Source: Methanobacteriota archaeon (lineage in GTDB: Bacteria; Myxococcota; UBA727; JABDBI01). From it: DNA of 64,000 bases. A program made the translations under genes and the position numbers. The stretch covers positions 3,036 to 67,035 of the forward strand of contig JABDBI010000008.1 of assembly GCA_013288705.1 (NCBI GenBank), read 5' to 3'. The notes beneath the pieces are model-generated. The model was not told the DNA's origin. It made no database searches and worked only from the letters and a program-made list of their open reading frames with translations. Shown one piece after another: positions 11,407 to 22,338 of this stretch; within the stretch, counting starts at the first letter, position 1; the number at the start of each line of letters is the position of its first letter.

Positions 11407-13173
11407 ATGTCTGTTCACGCAAATCGCCTGGCTGACCTACGCACCCACATGCAAGGAAACGGAATTGACGCCGTGTTGGTGCGCTCCACGGACGAATATC
11501 TCAATGAATATGTGCCAGCAGAAAAAAGCAGACGTGTGTTCATTACAGGTTTTTCTGGATCCATGGGGGATGCTCTGATTACGCAGGACACAGCGATGCT
11601 TTTTGTCGATGGACGTTATGCATTGCAAGCCAGGCAAGAAGCGCCGCATTTTGACGTGCGCGTGATGACACTGTCGCAGTCCATTGAGAGCGGTTGGTTG
11701 TCTGTGCTCGACCAAGCATTAGCATTGAAGGACAGGTCACTCGCTGTGGAGTTTGACCGCATCCCGGTTTCTCTTTTTGAGGATATTCAGGAAGTCGCCA
11801 CATCAAAGTCTCTTTCTTTGGTGAATTCCAGCGATGTTTTTTCGCCATTTTGGCAGCAAATTTGTCCGACAGATAACCATTTAGATGGCAACAAAATCTG
11901 GCCACTGGACATTTCACTCGCTGGCGAAAGTACCCATGAGAAATTCACGCGCACCCAGTTATTTTTTGAGGAAAGTGGGCTCGATGCTTTCGTTATTGTT
12001 CCACTCGATGAAATTGCGTGGCTAGCCAATTTGCGCGGCAATGACTTTCCCTTCCAGTCGACTTTTGCATCCCGTGCTGTTGCTTTGCCAAACCACCTAA
12101 TTATTGGCACAACAAAAGAGCACATTGCGAACACGCAATCTATTCAGGGAATTTCTTTCGTCGAAAACGTGCAGCTCATAGAAGGTGCCCAAAAGCACTT
12201 TCCGAACAAGCGTTTTCGGGTTGGTCTTGATCCGAACCAAACCCCAGAACTGGTGCGACGTCAGCTATCTGCCATGGATGCAGAAATCGTATCGATACAA
12301 AGCCCCTTTCGATCGATGAAAGCCATTAAAAACGAAAACGAGCTCTTGCACATGCGCGAGTCCTTCGCAAAAGCCGATAACGTTGTCCATCAAACGCAGC
12401 ACTGGCTCTGCAAACAGATTGAGGCACAAACTCCCGTCACGGAAGCTGACGTCGATAATTTTGTTCGCGCGCAGTTTAAAAAATCTGGGACGATTGAGCT
12501 GTCTTTTCGGCCCATCTGTGCGAGCGGTAAAAACGGCGCTGTGATTCACTATGGAACGCCGGACAGTAAGACTCCGATCAAACCTGGAACGTTGTTTTTG
12601 CTGGACACCGGTGGCCTTTATGCGGGCGGGTACGCCACAGATCTCACACGAACCTTCTTTGTGGGCCCAAAAACACACAAGCCGACGCCCGAGCAGAAGC
12701 GACTGTTCACTCTCACGCTCAAAGGTTCCATCGCCGGCATGTCAGCGCGCTTCCCGAAAGGTAGCGTCGGCATGCAACTCGATGCAATTGTTCGAGATCC
12801 GATTTGGCGTGCGGGATATAATTATGAACACGGCACTGGGCACGGTGTAGGGATCAACGTACATGAATTTCCTCCACGCATTGGACCAGGCAACACCACA
12901 CCTATTGAGGTGGGCCACGTATTTTCCATCGAACCAGGCATCTATTTGCCAGGCTTTGGTGGCATTCGCATCGAGAACCTATGCACGGTGGTTGAAGACC
13001 CAGACAACAACAATTTTCTGCGCGTTTTACCTTTAACGTTCGCGCCATTTGATTCTCGTCTTATCGAGTCCACCCTATTAACTAGGCACGAGAAGGAATT
13101 TTTAGTATACTTCAAACGATGTTTCCTTCTCTCTCAAACCCACTTGCCTCCATTGCCTCCGGTCCTGGGCTAG
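11407..13173 (+). CDS. pepP: Xaa-Pro aminopeptidase (M24B, creatinase N-domain + peptidase M24)
   Basis: HGTGHGVGINVHEFP and EPGIYLPGFGGIRIEN motifs. ATG at 11407 (MSVHANRL) chosen over the long upstream extension. Confidence 0.8.
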   Translation: MSVHANRLADLRTHMQGNGIDAVLVRSTDEYLNEYVPAEKSRRVFITGFSGSMGDALITQDTAMLFVDGRYALQARQEAPHFDVRVMTLSQSIESGWLSVLDQALALKDRSLAVEFDRIPVSLFEDIQEVATSKSLSLVNSSDVFSPFWQQICPTDNHLDGNKIWPLDISLAGESTHEKFTRTQLFFEESGLDAFVIVPLDEIAWLANLRGNDFPFQSTFASRAVALPNHLIIGTTKEHIANTQSIQGISFVENVQLIEGAQKHFPNKRFRVGLDPNQTPELVRRQLSAMDAEIVSIQSPFRSMKAIKNENELLHMRESFAKADNVVHQTQHWLCKQIEAQTPVTEADVDNFVRAQFKKSGTIELSFRPICASGKNGAVIHYGTPDSKTPIKPGTLFLLDTGGLYAGGYATDLTRTFFVGPKTHKPTPEQKRLFTLTLKGSIAGMSARFPKGSVGMQLDAIVRDPIWRAGYNYEHGTGHGVGINVHEFPPRIGPGNTTPIEVGHVFSIEPGIYLPGFGGIRIENLCTVVEDPDNNNFLRVLPLTFAPFDSRLIESTLLTRHEKEFLVYFKRCFLLSQTHLPPLPPVLG

Positions 13174-14729
13174 GCATCGCAACGGTTGAGTCGCTCGTAT
13201 GGCTCATCGTCGCGGCAGCCATTGTGGGTGTAGTCGCGCATCGTATCAAGCTCCCCTACACAGTGTCGCTGGTGCTCGTAGGCGTCGCTCTCAAGGCGCT
13301 CGGGCTTGTTCCTCAGCTACAGCTCACGCGTGATTTGCTCATGATGGTGTTTCTGCCCGCACTGCTCTTTGAAGCTGCCATCCATTTTCCGAGAAGCGAG
13401 CTGAAACAGCTTGCGCCGTCCATCGCCATGCTGGCGGCTCCGGGCGTACTCATCACAGCCATTTTTACGGCGCTCGTTTTGCAATTTGAATTTTCGGCGT
13501 TTCACATCGACCGAGATATGACGTTTAGCCATTTCTTGCTCTTTGGAACGATCATTGCGGCTACCGATCCGATTTCAGTGATTGCGCTGCTGCGCCAATT
13601 GGGTGTTTCACGCAAACTCTCTGTGTTGATCGAGGGAGAGAGCCTATTTAACGACGGCACTGCCATTGTTTTATACTCGGTTGTGCTTTCAGCGATTCAA
13701 TCGGGATCCTACAGTATTACCGATGGTTTGGTTCAGTTTGTTGTTGTGGCCATCGGTGGCATTTTCGTCGGTGCGCTCCTCGGGCTATTTGCGAACTGGG
13801 TGCTGTCTTTTGCCGAGGACCATCTCATTGCTATCGCCCTCACCACTGTGACGGCCTACGGCACCTATTTAGTTGCCGAAAGACTGCATGTGTCTGGTGT
13901 CTTAGCGACGGTTGTTGCAGGGCTCTTTGTCGGGTTCAGCAATAAACGGCATTTCGATGCCAATACGCGCATTGCCGTCGTGAGTTTTTGGGAATACGCG
14001 GCGTTTTTCATAACCAGCCTTTTGTTTTTGCTCATTGGGCTGGAAGTAAAGCTTCCCATCATATTCAGCCATGCGACGCTTATTGTGTTCGCGTTTTGTG
14101 CTGTGCTGTTATCACGTGCGCTGTGCGTGTTTCTCCCCGTTCCACTTTTGCGACGCATCGGTCAGCCCATTACTTTTCGCGAGTCCTGTGTCGTATGGTG
14201 GGCAGGACTTCGCGGTAGCCTTTCAATGGTTTTGGTGTTGTCTTTACCTGAGAGCATGCCTGCGAGGCAAACACTGATTGCGATGACCTTTGGTGTAGTC
14301 GTTCTCTCAGTGGTGGTACAGGGCTCGACCGTTGGCTATCTGCTGCGTCTTTTGAGCTTTGTGAAGGAGCGAACACAGACAACAGCGTTTTTGCGCAAGA
14401 GCATTGCTCGCCTGGATGCGATTCAGGCTCGTCTCGACGCGATTCGTCATCTTTCTGCGTTTGACCAACCGCTGACCAAAGAGCTTGCACATTCTTTGCA
14501 AAATGAGCGGGCTGATATTTTAGCAACGATTAAAGAAAAAGAACACGACACGGAGTTTCGCAAAGCACAGGCCGAACGCGTTCACGCACTAGAAGAGCAA
14601 CTCAAGCAAGCAGCTCGGGATTCCTATCGCCATTCTCTTTTTCATAACATTATCAACGAAACAGAAGCGGCAGAATTGTCTTCCGAGTTGGAAGCTGCAC
14701 CACCAACCGACGACGAGAGTTCTCCCTAA
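13119..14729 (+). CDS. Na+/H+ (cation:proton) antiporter, CPA1/NhaP type, with cytoplasmic C-terminal tail
   Basis: About 12 TM segments; conserved FLPALLFEAAI, IAATDPISVIAL and LFNDGTAIVLY (CPA1 pattern). Start overlaps the pepP 3' end by about 55 nt. Confidence 0.75.
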   Translation: MFPSLSNPLASIASGPGLGIATVESLVWLIVAAAIVGVVAHRIKLPYTVSLVLVGVALKALGLVPQLQLTRDLLMMVFLPALLFEAAIHFPRSELKQLAPSIAMLAAPGVLITAIFTALVLQFEFSAFHIDRDMTFSHFLLFGTIIAATDPISVIALLRQLGVSRKLSVLIEGESLFNDGTAIVLYSVVLSAIQSGSYSITDGLVQFVVVAIGGIFVGALLGLFANWVLSFAEDHLIAIALTTVTAYGTYLVAERLHVSGVLATVVAGLFVGFSNKRHFDANTRIAVVSFWEYAAFFITSLLFLLIGLEVKLPIIFSHATLIVFAFCAVLLSRALCVFLPVPLLRRIGQPITFRESCVVWWAGLRGSLSMVLVLSLPESMPARQTLIAMTFGVVVLSVVVQGSTVGYLLRLLSFVKERTQTTAFLRKSIARLDAIQARLDAIRHLSAFDQPLTKELAHSLQNERADILATIKEKEHDTEFRKAQAERVHALEEQLKQAARDSYRHSLFHNIINETEAAELSSELEAAPPTDDESSP

Positions 14730-16049
14730 ATGCGCGGTGATTTAAAAGACGTTGTGACCTTGGCATGGCCCATGGTGGTGGGCATGTTGTCCATTACGGT
14801 CATCGACCTCACAGACACCTTGGTGGCTGGATGGCTTGGCAAAACCGAACTGGCTGCTGTCGGCACGGCCTCGACCATTGCGTTTTTGGTCAATGCTTTT
14901 TTTGTCGGTTTTTTTGAGGGTGTCAAAATTCTGGTGGCACAGGCGACGGGCGCGGGGCAGCATCAGCTCGCCAAAAATGGCGCTTGGCATGGAGTCTTGC
15001 TAGCTATTCCCTGCGGCGCTGCTATTTGCTGTTTGATTTTTGCACAAACGCCTATCTTCGCTTTATTTGGAGGGAGCGCGTTGGTCCAAGAGATGGCCTG
15101 CGATTTTTTTTCAATCCGCGTTCTTGCCTCACCGTTTTGGTTCGTCATCATGGCCTTGATCTGCTTCTATCAAGGATGTGGCAATACGCGGCTTCCCATG
15201 CAAATCAATTTGCTCGTTTGCATCGTCAACGTCTTTCTCGATATTGTCCTCACTTTTTATGGCATTGGACCAATCCCACCTCTTGGTGTCCTAGGCCCAG
15301 CATATGCAACTCTCATTTCCATCGTCATTGGCATGGTGGTCATGCTAGTGATTTTCATTAGGCGCTATGGATGGAGTGACCAGTTTCAGTTCTCCATCGT
15401 CAGAAAATTGATCCGGGCCGGTCTTCCGGTAGGCATTCGCTTTTTTCTGCAGGTCGGTGCATGGACAGTGTGCACATCTTTCATGGCACACATGGGCGAT
15501 GCTTTCATCGCTGCAAATCAAATTACGGCCAAGGTTCTGATGGTGAGCTTTTTGGCAAACTATGGCACTGGCGAAGCAGCCTGCATTTTGACGGGCCAAT
15601 GCGTCGGTGCAGAAAATGAAAACGGCGTCTATCGCTCCTATCAGTCGTCAGTCAAAGTCGCGCTATTCATGGCTACGATCTATGCTCTAATTATGATTTC
15701 TTGTGCCGGGCCAATCGCCGCACTCTTTCAATCTGATCCTGAAGTCCTGAGCGTCGCCACGGGCCTCATGATGGTTGCGGCAATCTGCCAAATATTCGAC
15801 GGCCTCGTCATGACCGCAGCGGGCGCATTGAATGGCACCGGTGACACGCGTTTCACCATGTACGTCCAGATTGGCGCCACTTGGGTGGTGACACTTCCAC
15901 TCGGCTATTGGTTCGGTGTTGTGCAGAACTTGCAAGCGCTTGGTGTTTGGTACGCGTTCACTCTAGAGAGTCTATGTGTGTCGCTGATCTTAATTTGGCG
16001 CTTTCGTTCAGGCGGCTGGAAGAACAAGAGCTTGGTGAATACCGCATGA
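14730..16049 (+). CDS. MATE family multidrug/sodium efflux transporter
   Basis: 439 aa, 12 TM, typical MATE N-terminus (LAWPMVVGMLSITVIDLTDTLVAGWLG). Start is 1 nt after the NhaP stop. Confidence 0.8.
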   Translation: MRGDLKDVVTLAWPMVVGMLSITVIDLTDTLVAGWLGKTELAAVGTASTIAFLVNAFFVGFFEGVKILVAQATGAGQHQLAKNGAWHGVLLAIPCGAAICCLIFAQTPIFALFGGSALVQEMACDFFSIRVLASPFWFVIMALICFYQGCGNTRLPMQINLLVCIVNVFLDIVLTFYGIGPIPPLGVLGPAYATLISIVIGMVVMLVIFIRRYGWSDQFQFSIVRKLIRAGLPVGIRFFLQVGAWTVCTSFMAHMGDAFIAANQITAKVLMVSFLANYGTGEAACILTGQCVGAENENGVYRSYQSSVKVALFMATIYALIMISCAGPIAALFQSDPEVLSVATGLMMVAAICQIFDGLVMTAAGALNGTGDTRFTMYVQIGATWVVTLPLGYWFGVVQNLQALGVWYAFTLESLCVSLILIWRFRSGGWKNKSLVNTA

Positions 16050-17340
16050 AAATATAGATGGGGAAGCCAGCGAACATGCAGAGCATTCCCAAAAACACTG
16101 CTTTTTGCCCACAGCCAATCACGATAAGCACTGTGTAAGCAAGTCCAATCGTGGCAACGATGACTGAGCGAGCAAGGTGCGCTTTCGAAACATAATCTGC
16201 TTTCGTGACCAAAAACACCAGGTCTGCCATGGCAGAATAGAGATAAGGTATAAGCATGGAAAACGTCGTGAAGGTTACGATGGCAGTAAACTGCTCGACA
16301 AGGCTAGCCTGGTAATTCAAAATCAACATTCCAGTCATCAAAATACTCGACGCCAACAAGCCAAATACTGGCGTTCCGCGTTTAGACAGTTTTGCGAATG
16401 CCTTGGGAAACAAGCCATCTTGTGCTGCGGCGAGAGGCATTTGTCCCTGTATGAGAATCCAACCATTCAAAGTACCAAAAGCCGCAATTGCTGCACAAAT
16501 TGCGACGCCAGAAGATGCCCAAGGACCAAATAGAAGTCCTGCAGCCTCGGCAAAAGGGGCTGCAGACTTGGCTAATTGTTGTGGAGGCAAAACACCGAGC
16601 AACACAATCGTTGTCCACACGTAGATCACCGCCGATAACACGGTGCCAATTACCGTCGCGCGTGGGATTGTTATTTTGGGATCCACAACACTTTCAGCCG
16701 GAACAGTCGCCGATTCCAACCCCAAAAATGCATAAAGAGTAAGAGCTGCAGCTGAGCTTAAGGCGGTAAACCAAGGTAAGCCGCTTGGATTCACGGGGCT
16801 AAAATGCGCAAAATTAACATAGAAGCTGCCAAACAACCCAATTACAATCAGGGGCACGATTTTCAGTACCACAATCACCACTTGTGCGATGCCGGTTGAC
16901 TTGACGCTCCAAATATTCAGCCCAGTAAAGAACCAGACGGAGCAAAATGCCAACGCAAATGCATGTGTTGCATTGGTAGCAAGGCTAGGCCAAAAAACAG
17001 ACATGTAGCTCACAAACGCGGTTGCAATCGCCGCATTGCTTGCCCAAGTTCCTACCCAATAACTCCAAGCCATTTGGAAGCCCACAAAGTCCCCGAATGC
17101 TTCTTTGCTGTATGCGTAAGGACCGCCTATTTTGGGAAAGTGCGCGCTTAAACGTGCAAAAATCAGCGCCAGGCAAATTGAACCAACGGACGTCACCATC
17201 CAGCCGAAAAGGCCAACTGCCCCATAAATTCCCAATGATGCGGGCAGCAAGAATATGCCTGAGCCAACGATATTGCCCACCACCAGAGAGGTACTACGCC
17301 ATAGGCCAAATTCTCGATGCTGCGAGGTCGTGGTCGTCAT
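15958..17340 (-). CDS. APC-family amino acid permease
   Basis: GSGIFLLPASL near the N-terminus and APC fold length (460 aa). Its 3' end overlaps MATE convergently by about 92 nt. Confidence 0.8.
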   Translation of the reverse strand: MTTTTSQHREFGLWRSTSLVVGNIVGSGIFLLPASLGIYGAVGLFGWMVTSVGSICLALIFARLSAHFPKIGGPYAYSKEAFGDFVGFQMAWSYWVGTWASNAAIATAFVSYMSVFWPSLATNATHAFALAFCSVWFFTGLNIWSVKSTGIAQVVIVVLKIVPLIVIGLFGSFYVNFAHFSPVNPSGLPWFTALSSAAALTLYAFLGLESATVPAESVVDPKITIPRATVIGTVLSAVIYVWTTIVLLGVLPPQQLAKSAAPFAEAAGLLFGPWASSGVAICAAIAAFGTLNGWILIQGQMPLAAAQDGLFPKAFAKLSKRGTPVFGLLASSILMTGMLILNYQASLVEQFTAIVTFTTFSMLIPYLYSAMADLVFLVTKADYVSKAHLARSVIVATIGLAYTVLIVIGCGQKAVFLGMLCMFAGFPIYIFMRYSPSSCSSSRLNESAKLRSATHIDSLE

Positions 17341-17512
17341 ATGCCCGTTTCAGTGCCAATTGCAGGCAGTTATGTCAATACAAGTGTTAAGTGTATATTT
17401 TTATACCCAGAAAATAACAGATGTGTATTGTACTTTTAAATCTCTTCGGTAGAACTAGACCCTCAGGCTGTAAGCCTGGTTTTTCAATGTTTCGCACAAC
17501 AGGGATGAATTT

Positions 17513-18376
17513 ATGCAAAGATTCAAATTATTCGTGCTCGCAGTGCTTTTACCGATGGCTGGCGTACATACTGCAACCATTGCGCAAGAAGTAGCCGAGG
17601 TGAGCTCCCAAGGTCCAAAATTTCCAACGGAAGTAATTAAGCGTCCATTTACGCTGCCGAGTGGGTCATTTGAAGCACGCCTGCAAATGAACAAGGACGT
17701 GATGGATACAGATAATTTTGTCTTTAGGCTTGGTGTTGGTGTGGGTATCACCAATGATTTAGAGCTCGGTGTGATGTGGGATGGCGTGAATGTCAATCAA
17801 CGCCAAGTCAACAAGTCCGTTGGTCTGAACGCGGGTTATTTTCTCTACGCCGTTCCAGGTGTTGCGGCAATGCTATCTTTGAATGTGCCACTTTATTTTG
17901 GTGGCGAGCAACGTAACGCAGCTGGTGCTTTAGCCGACAATGGTTACGTCTTTAGGTCTGTTAGCCTTTCGATGCCGACCGCATTTAGCATTAACAGCAA
18001 CATGAATTTTATGGCATTTCATGACGACTTTTTGGCGATCTATCGAGGGTCCCCAGCGCTTGCAGATACGACTGTTGATCCAGACCTTCATGCAAAGATA
18101 AGATTGCCGTTCAAGTTTGGTTGGCAGGCGACCAGTCGCTTGTGGTTGAACCTTGGCACTAATTTTGCAACCTTTTATTTGGGTGGTACAGATAAATTCG
18201 TCAAGAACAGCAAGTACATCTGGCAAGAGACGCCGATCACGGCATCTGCGCTCTATGCTATTACCAATGCGGTGGATGTGTCCTTGAGCACTGGCTTCGG
18301 CAATCTGCAAGACCCGGGCAAAACGTTCAATGTGTTTGTGGGGTTGAACGTGAGAGCGGGAAGGCTCGACGGGTAA
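17513..18376 (+). CDS. secreted protein, probably an outer-membrane beta-barrel protein
   Basis: Signal peptide (LLPMAGVHTATIAQ), alternating hydrophobic beta-strand patterns, aromatic C-terminal region. Family not recognised. Confidence 0.4.
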   Translation: MQRFKLFVLAVLLPMAGVHTATIAQEVAEVSSQGPKFPTEVIKRPFTLPSGSFEARLQMNKDVMDTDNFVFRLGVGVGITNDLELGVMWDGVNVNQRQVNKSVGLNAGYFLYAVPGVAAMLSLNVPLYFGGEQRNAAGALADNGYVFRSVSLSMPTAFSINSNMNFMAFHDDFLAIYRGSPALADTTVDPDLHAKIRLPFKFGWQATSRLWLNLGTNFATFYLGGTDKFVKNSKYIWQETPITASALYAITNAVDVSLSTGFGNLQDPGKTFNVFVGLNVRAGRLDG

Positions 18377-18393
18377 TTACCCTGACCCTTGAT

Positions 18394-18418
18394 CCCTCTC
18401 CCGCCTAGCGGGAGAGGG
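18394..18418 (+). repeat. REP-like perfect hairpin element, copy 2 (CCCTCTCCCGC-cta-GCGGGAGAGGG, followed by ACT)
   Basis: Same 11-bp arms as copy 1. It lies 18 nt after the stop of the preceding gene, between convergent genes, so it may also act as a terminator. Confidence 0.8.
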
Positions 18419-18421
18419 ACT

Positions 18422-19147
18422 TTAAACCAAGCAAGATAGGTATTTTTGGACGGTCTTCTCGAGGCCGAAGTAAAGCGCGTCGCAAATTAGGGCGTGGCCA
18501 ATCGAGACTTCGGCGATGAACGGAATGTGCTGAATCAAGTAGCGCAAGTTGTGCAGATTCAGGTCATGACCAGCGTTAATGCCCAAGCCACAGGCATGTG
18601 CATGATCGGCGACTTTTTGGAAAACCGCACATACCGCGTCGCGTTCGGGCGTTGGAAAAGCTCTCGCATAGCTTTCGGTGTAAAGCTCAATGCGATCTGT
18701 GCCTGTTTTTGCGATTTGTGAAACGTCAGCGTTGATAAAGTCGTAGGGATCAATGAACAAAGATACCCGTGTGCCACTTTGTTTTAGTTGCCCAATGACC
18801 TCCTGCAAATAGCCCATATTTTGCTGCACGTTCCAGCCGGCATTGGATGTTAACACGTCGGGTGGATCTGGAACGAGTGTACATTGCGCCGGTCGTACGT
18901 CGCGAATAAGCTGAATAAAGTCCGGGGAGGGATAGCCCTCAATATTAAATTCCACGTGGATTCGCTTGGAAATGTCATAGACATCTTGTTTGCGGATATG
19001 ACGTTCATCCGGGCGAGGGTGGACCGTGATGCCTTGCGCGCCGAAGCGCTCGATATCAAGTGCAGTTTGCAACACATCGGGCAGCGCATTGCCACGTGAA
19101 TTACGGAGTGTGGCGATTTTATTCACGTTGACGCTAAGCTTTGTCAT
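18422..19147 (-). CDS. pdxJ: pyridoxine 5'-phosphate synthase
   Basis: [17 protein letters not shown]...[13 protein letters not shown]...EFNIEGYP is classical PdxJ sequence. Start MTKLSVNV chosen. Confidence 0.85.
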   Translation of the reverse strand: MTKLSVNVNKIATLRNSRGNALPDVLQTALDIERFGAQGITVHPRPDERHIRKQDVYDISKRIHVEFNIEGYPSPDFIQLIRDVRPAQCTLVPDPPDVLTSNAGWNVQQNMGYLQEVIGQLKQSGTRVSLFIDPYDFINADVSQIAKTGTDRIELYTESYARAFPTPERDAVCAVFQKVADHAHACGLGINAGHDLNLHNLRYLIQHIPFIAEVSIGHALICDALYFGLEKTVQKYLSCLV

Positions 19148-20324
19148 AATTGATCTCCTTCGAATCCACTGCCGCAGCGACACATGAATCTGACCACACA
19201 TTAATTGCTGTCTCGAGCATATCAAGCAAACCGTAAAATGGAAGAATGACTCCCATCAATGTGAGGGGCACATTCATCGTCGCCAACAGGGCACTGGTCA
19301 GAAAGAAGCACCCCATCGGCACTCCCGCGTTTCCAACGGCAGAGATGGTCGCAATCAACACCCATGCGATCGCTTCGAATATGGAGAAATGCACCCCGTT
19401 GGTTTGCCCGACAAACATCACAGTAATCAGAATAAACCCCGCGCAAGCGTTCATATTAATGGTGGTGCAAAGCGGAAATACAAAGCGCGCAGTTCGCGGC
19501 GAGATATTGGCCCGCTCCTCCGCACATTCAATGGCAAGAGGCATTGTGCACGATGACGATTTGCTAAAAAATGCGATTTGCAACGCCGGCATCATACTTT
19601 TGAACAAGCGCCATGGCGACACACCATAGAATCGCAACAATAATGGTAAAACAACAAGCGCTTGCATCAGATTGGCAAGCACAATCGTCACCAAATACAT
19701 GCCAAGTTGAGATATGTTAGCGCCCTTTTGCAAATCTTTAACGAACAAAAAAACAAACGCGCAAACAGCAATGGGAATCACTTGCACAAGCCACTTGGTG
19801 ATTTTCATCACCGCCTCGTACAAACTCGCCAGCATACCATGCATGCGCAAGCGATGCTCCTCGTCAAGCGACAAAATAGCGAAGCTTAAAAGCAATGCAA
19901 TCAGCAGCACGCCAAGCACATTGCCTTCCACGAAGGGCTGCACCCAGTTAGATGGAATAATATTCAGAACATATTCAAGATATGATTTCCCGGCATCTGG
20001 AGCTGACCCACCTAGTGCTTCAGGCGGAAGTCTCACGCCTGCGGGTTCGATAAACAAAAACAAAACCAGAGCGACACTCGCTGCTGCAATCGTCGTGAGT
20101 AAGGTAAGGCCAAAGACTCGTCTGAGCAGGACGCGCGCTTCATCGCCAGATGACATGCCGGAAATAGTGACCACCAGGGATAGAAAAATGATGGGCATGC
20201 TCAGTAACTTAAGCGCACGAATAAAAACTTCGGAGATAAAAGCCAGCAGGGTGCTAAGCGGTTGAAAATCAACAACGCCAGCGAAAACACCAAATACAAT
20301 GGCGACTAAAGTAAAAATAGGCAT
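19134..20324 (-). CDS. dicarboxylate/amino acid:cation symporter (DAACS, GltP/SstT-like)
   Basis: 396 aa polytopic protein; AGVPMG and SxS-type motifs ([10 protein letters not shown]) of the glutamate-transporter fold. Confidence 0.75.
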   Translation of the reverse strand: MPIFTLVAIVFGVFAGVVDFQPLSTLLAFISEVFIRALKLLSMPIIFLSLVVTISGMSSGDEARVLLRRVFGLTLLTTIAAASVALVLFLFIEPAGVRLPPEALGGSAPDAGKSYLEYVLNIIPSNWVQPFVEGNVLGVLLIALLLSFAILSLDEEHRLRMHGMLASLYEAVMKITKWLVQVIPIAVCAFVFLFVKDLQKGANISQLGMYLVTIVLANLMQALVVLPLLLRFYGVSPWRLFKSMMPALQIAFFSKSSSCTMPLAIECAEERANISPRTARFVFPLCTTINMNACAGFILITVMFVGQTNGVHFSIFEAIAWVLIATISAVGNAGVPMGCFFLTSALLATMNVPLTLMGVILPFYGLLDMLETAINVWSDSCVAAAVDSKEINYDKA

Positions 20325-20332
20325 TTGTTATC

Positions 20333-20953
20333 TCAATGCGTCTGGGCTCTACAGCAAGCTGGCAATTCTTTTTTAATTAATTCGAGGGTGCGCGTCGCTT
20401 TTTCCAGGAATTCTGGTGTACTTTCTACAAAAAAACGTCGTGGATGTCCTTCCCAAGCTTGTTCAACTCGTTTGTCAATGACTGCTGCAAATTGCGGATC
20501 TTCGGTGCGCGTCGGATTGTCTAAATTATATCCGTGGTCTTCCGGCGGGGTACGCAGATGAATGACGGCGTGGTAGTGGGCAAGTTCTTTTTCCCGCGTC
20601 GTACCCATGTCCGCAAAAAAATCTGGCTCCAAAACAGGCCAATAAGCACTGCCATCGATGGTGCCACGATCACACAATGCCATGGTATAAGCGTGCTCTT
20701 CTTGCACCATGATTTCATGGGCGCGCTGCACGTTGAAAATGGCGCGTTGGCAAGCTTTTTGCGAGGGCACAGTGTCTCTGCGCAAAAAGCCACCACCATA
20801 CACAATGGTCGCTGCTTCCGGCAAAATCACCACATGTCGGCAAAAGATTTGCCGAGCCATTTGCAAAATAGCAGTCTTTCCAGCGCCCGGTCCGCCGGTC
20901 AGGGCAATGAGTTTGCAGTCTGTCGCTTTGTGATCACATGTGCAGGTCAGCAT
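20333..20953 (-). CDS. P-loop NTPase (AAA_28/NadR-like ATPase-kinase family)
   Basis: Walker A GGPGAGKT; about 200 aa. Confidence 0.5.
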   Translation of the reverse strand: MLTCTCDHKATDCKLIALTGGPGAGKTAILQMARQIFCRHVVILPEAATIVYGGGFLRRDTVPSQKACQRAIFNVQRAHEIMVQEEHAYTMALCDRGTIDGSAYWPVLEPDFFADMGTTREKELAHYHAVIHLRTPPEDHGYNLDNPTRTEDPQFAAVIDKRVEQAWEGHPRRFFVESTPEFLEKATRTLELIKKELPACCRAQTH

Positions 20954-20977
20954 GAGCGCATTATGCCTGGGGAATCT

Positions 20978-22276
20978 TTATCGCGCAAGCTCCGCCAACA
21001 CCTCCACATGCGAGGTTTGCGGAAACATATCATAGGCTTGGCAATGCTTAAGCGAGTAGCCAACTTGCGCCAGCTGTCCAATATCCCGCGCCAATGTGGC
21101 TGGCATACACGAAACATAAAAAATGTGCTTTGGGAGGCGCGTTTTCAGCGTTGCGAGCAAATGGGGATGCATCCCTGCGCGGGGCGGGTTTATCAGCAAA
21201 ACATCTGGGTTGTTTTTGAGCAATAGCGCCACCACATCTTCGGCTTTTTCGGCCATGAAACTGACATGGCGAGCCTGGTTTGCTGCTGCATTCTGTTTTG
21301 CCAGCGCAATTGCTCTGTCACTTACCTCTACACCGGTCACAGATATTCCCTGCCTCGCCATAAGAATACTTGTGACGCCGAGACCACAATACAGATCAAG
21401 CGCAGTTTTGGGCTGAACCAAAGCGATGCGCGCAAGCAAGTCACAATAAAGACGGGCACTCTGTTCGGGGTGATTTTGCACAAACGCGCGTGGATCGCAA
21501 ACGAACTGCAATCCATCAATGTTTAGGGAAACTTGCGTATCTCCAAACACATGTTCGTTTATGCGATCTCGAACAACTACGCCCTTCCACGTGGGCCACT
21601 GTGCTTGGCTAGCCTCGAGCAAAGACAAATTTTTTTCCGATATGGGCTGAGAAAAGTCAAAAAGCATCACAAAACGTGGGCCGTCCTTAAGCATCATCAC
21701 GTGTGCAACATCGTCGGGCTTGGTTTGGAGCTTGGCTGCAACTTCCTGCAATTCACCCAAAATCGCGGGGGCATCATCGTCGAGAAAAATATGACACGAT
21801 GCGATTGGGACAAAGATGCTTGGGTCTGCACCCACAAACCCTACGCGATACCCGTTGTCACTTGGCCAAAGTTTGAAGCGGACATGGCGCCTATAACCAA
21901 AACGCGTATCGGCGCCAACAATCTTAATCGGTGGGATGTGCGACAGTTTGCCCACGCGGAGGAGTGCATCTTCGACGAACTTTTGCTTTGCAAGCAGTTG
22001 CGCATCGTATTGCAGATGTTGCAGCTGACAGCCGCCACAAATGCCAAAATGCGGGCACCGAGGTGTCACGCGATCAGGGCCCGCGTGTTTGAGTTTAATT
22101 AGCTTGGCTTGTGCGTGAGACTTTTTCTGATGTGTTATCTCGACCAGCACCTCATCTTCGGGTGCCGTGAATGGCACAAATACAACAAGACCATCGTGGC
22201 GCAAAATACCGGAGCCGCCAAAAGCAATTGATTCAATGGTACCGTTCACCGGAGACTCCAAAAATTGCGCCAACAT
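20978..22276 (-). CDS. rlmD: 23S rRNA (uracil-5-)-methyltransferase RlmD/RumA-type (TRAM + SAM-MTase, Fe-S cysteines)
   Basis: N-terminal TRAM-like domain, Cys cluster CPHFGICGGCQLQH, C-terminal methyltransferase with DPPRAG motif. Confidence 0.8.
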   Translation of the reverse strand: MLAQFLESPVNGTIESIAFGGSGILRHDGLVVFVPFTAPEDEVLVEITHQKKSHAQAKLIKLKHAGPDRVTPRCPHFGICGGCQLQHLQYDAQLLAKQKFVEDALLRVGKLSHIPPIKIVGADTRFGYRRHVRFKLWPSDNGYRVGFVGADPSIFVPIASCHIFLDDDAPAILGELQEVAAKLQTKPDDVAHVMMLKDGPRFVMLFDFSQPISEKNLSLLEASQAQWPTWKGVVVRDRINEHVFGDTQVSLNIDGLQFVCDPRAFVQNHPEQSARLYCDLLARIALVQPKTALDLYCGLGVTSILMARQGISVTGVEVSDRAIALAKQNAAANQARHVSFMAEKAEDVVALLLKNNPDVLLINPPRAGMHPHLLATLKTRLPKHIFYVSCMPATLARDIGQLAQVGYSLKHCQAYDMFPQTSHVEVLAELAR

Positions 22277-22338
22277 TTGCGATGTAGATCAAGCTTGGCC
22301 TATAATGCCCCAACGGGACATTCCAAAAGGAGATAACT

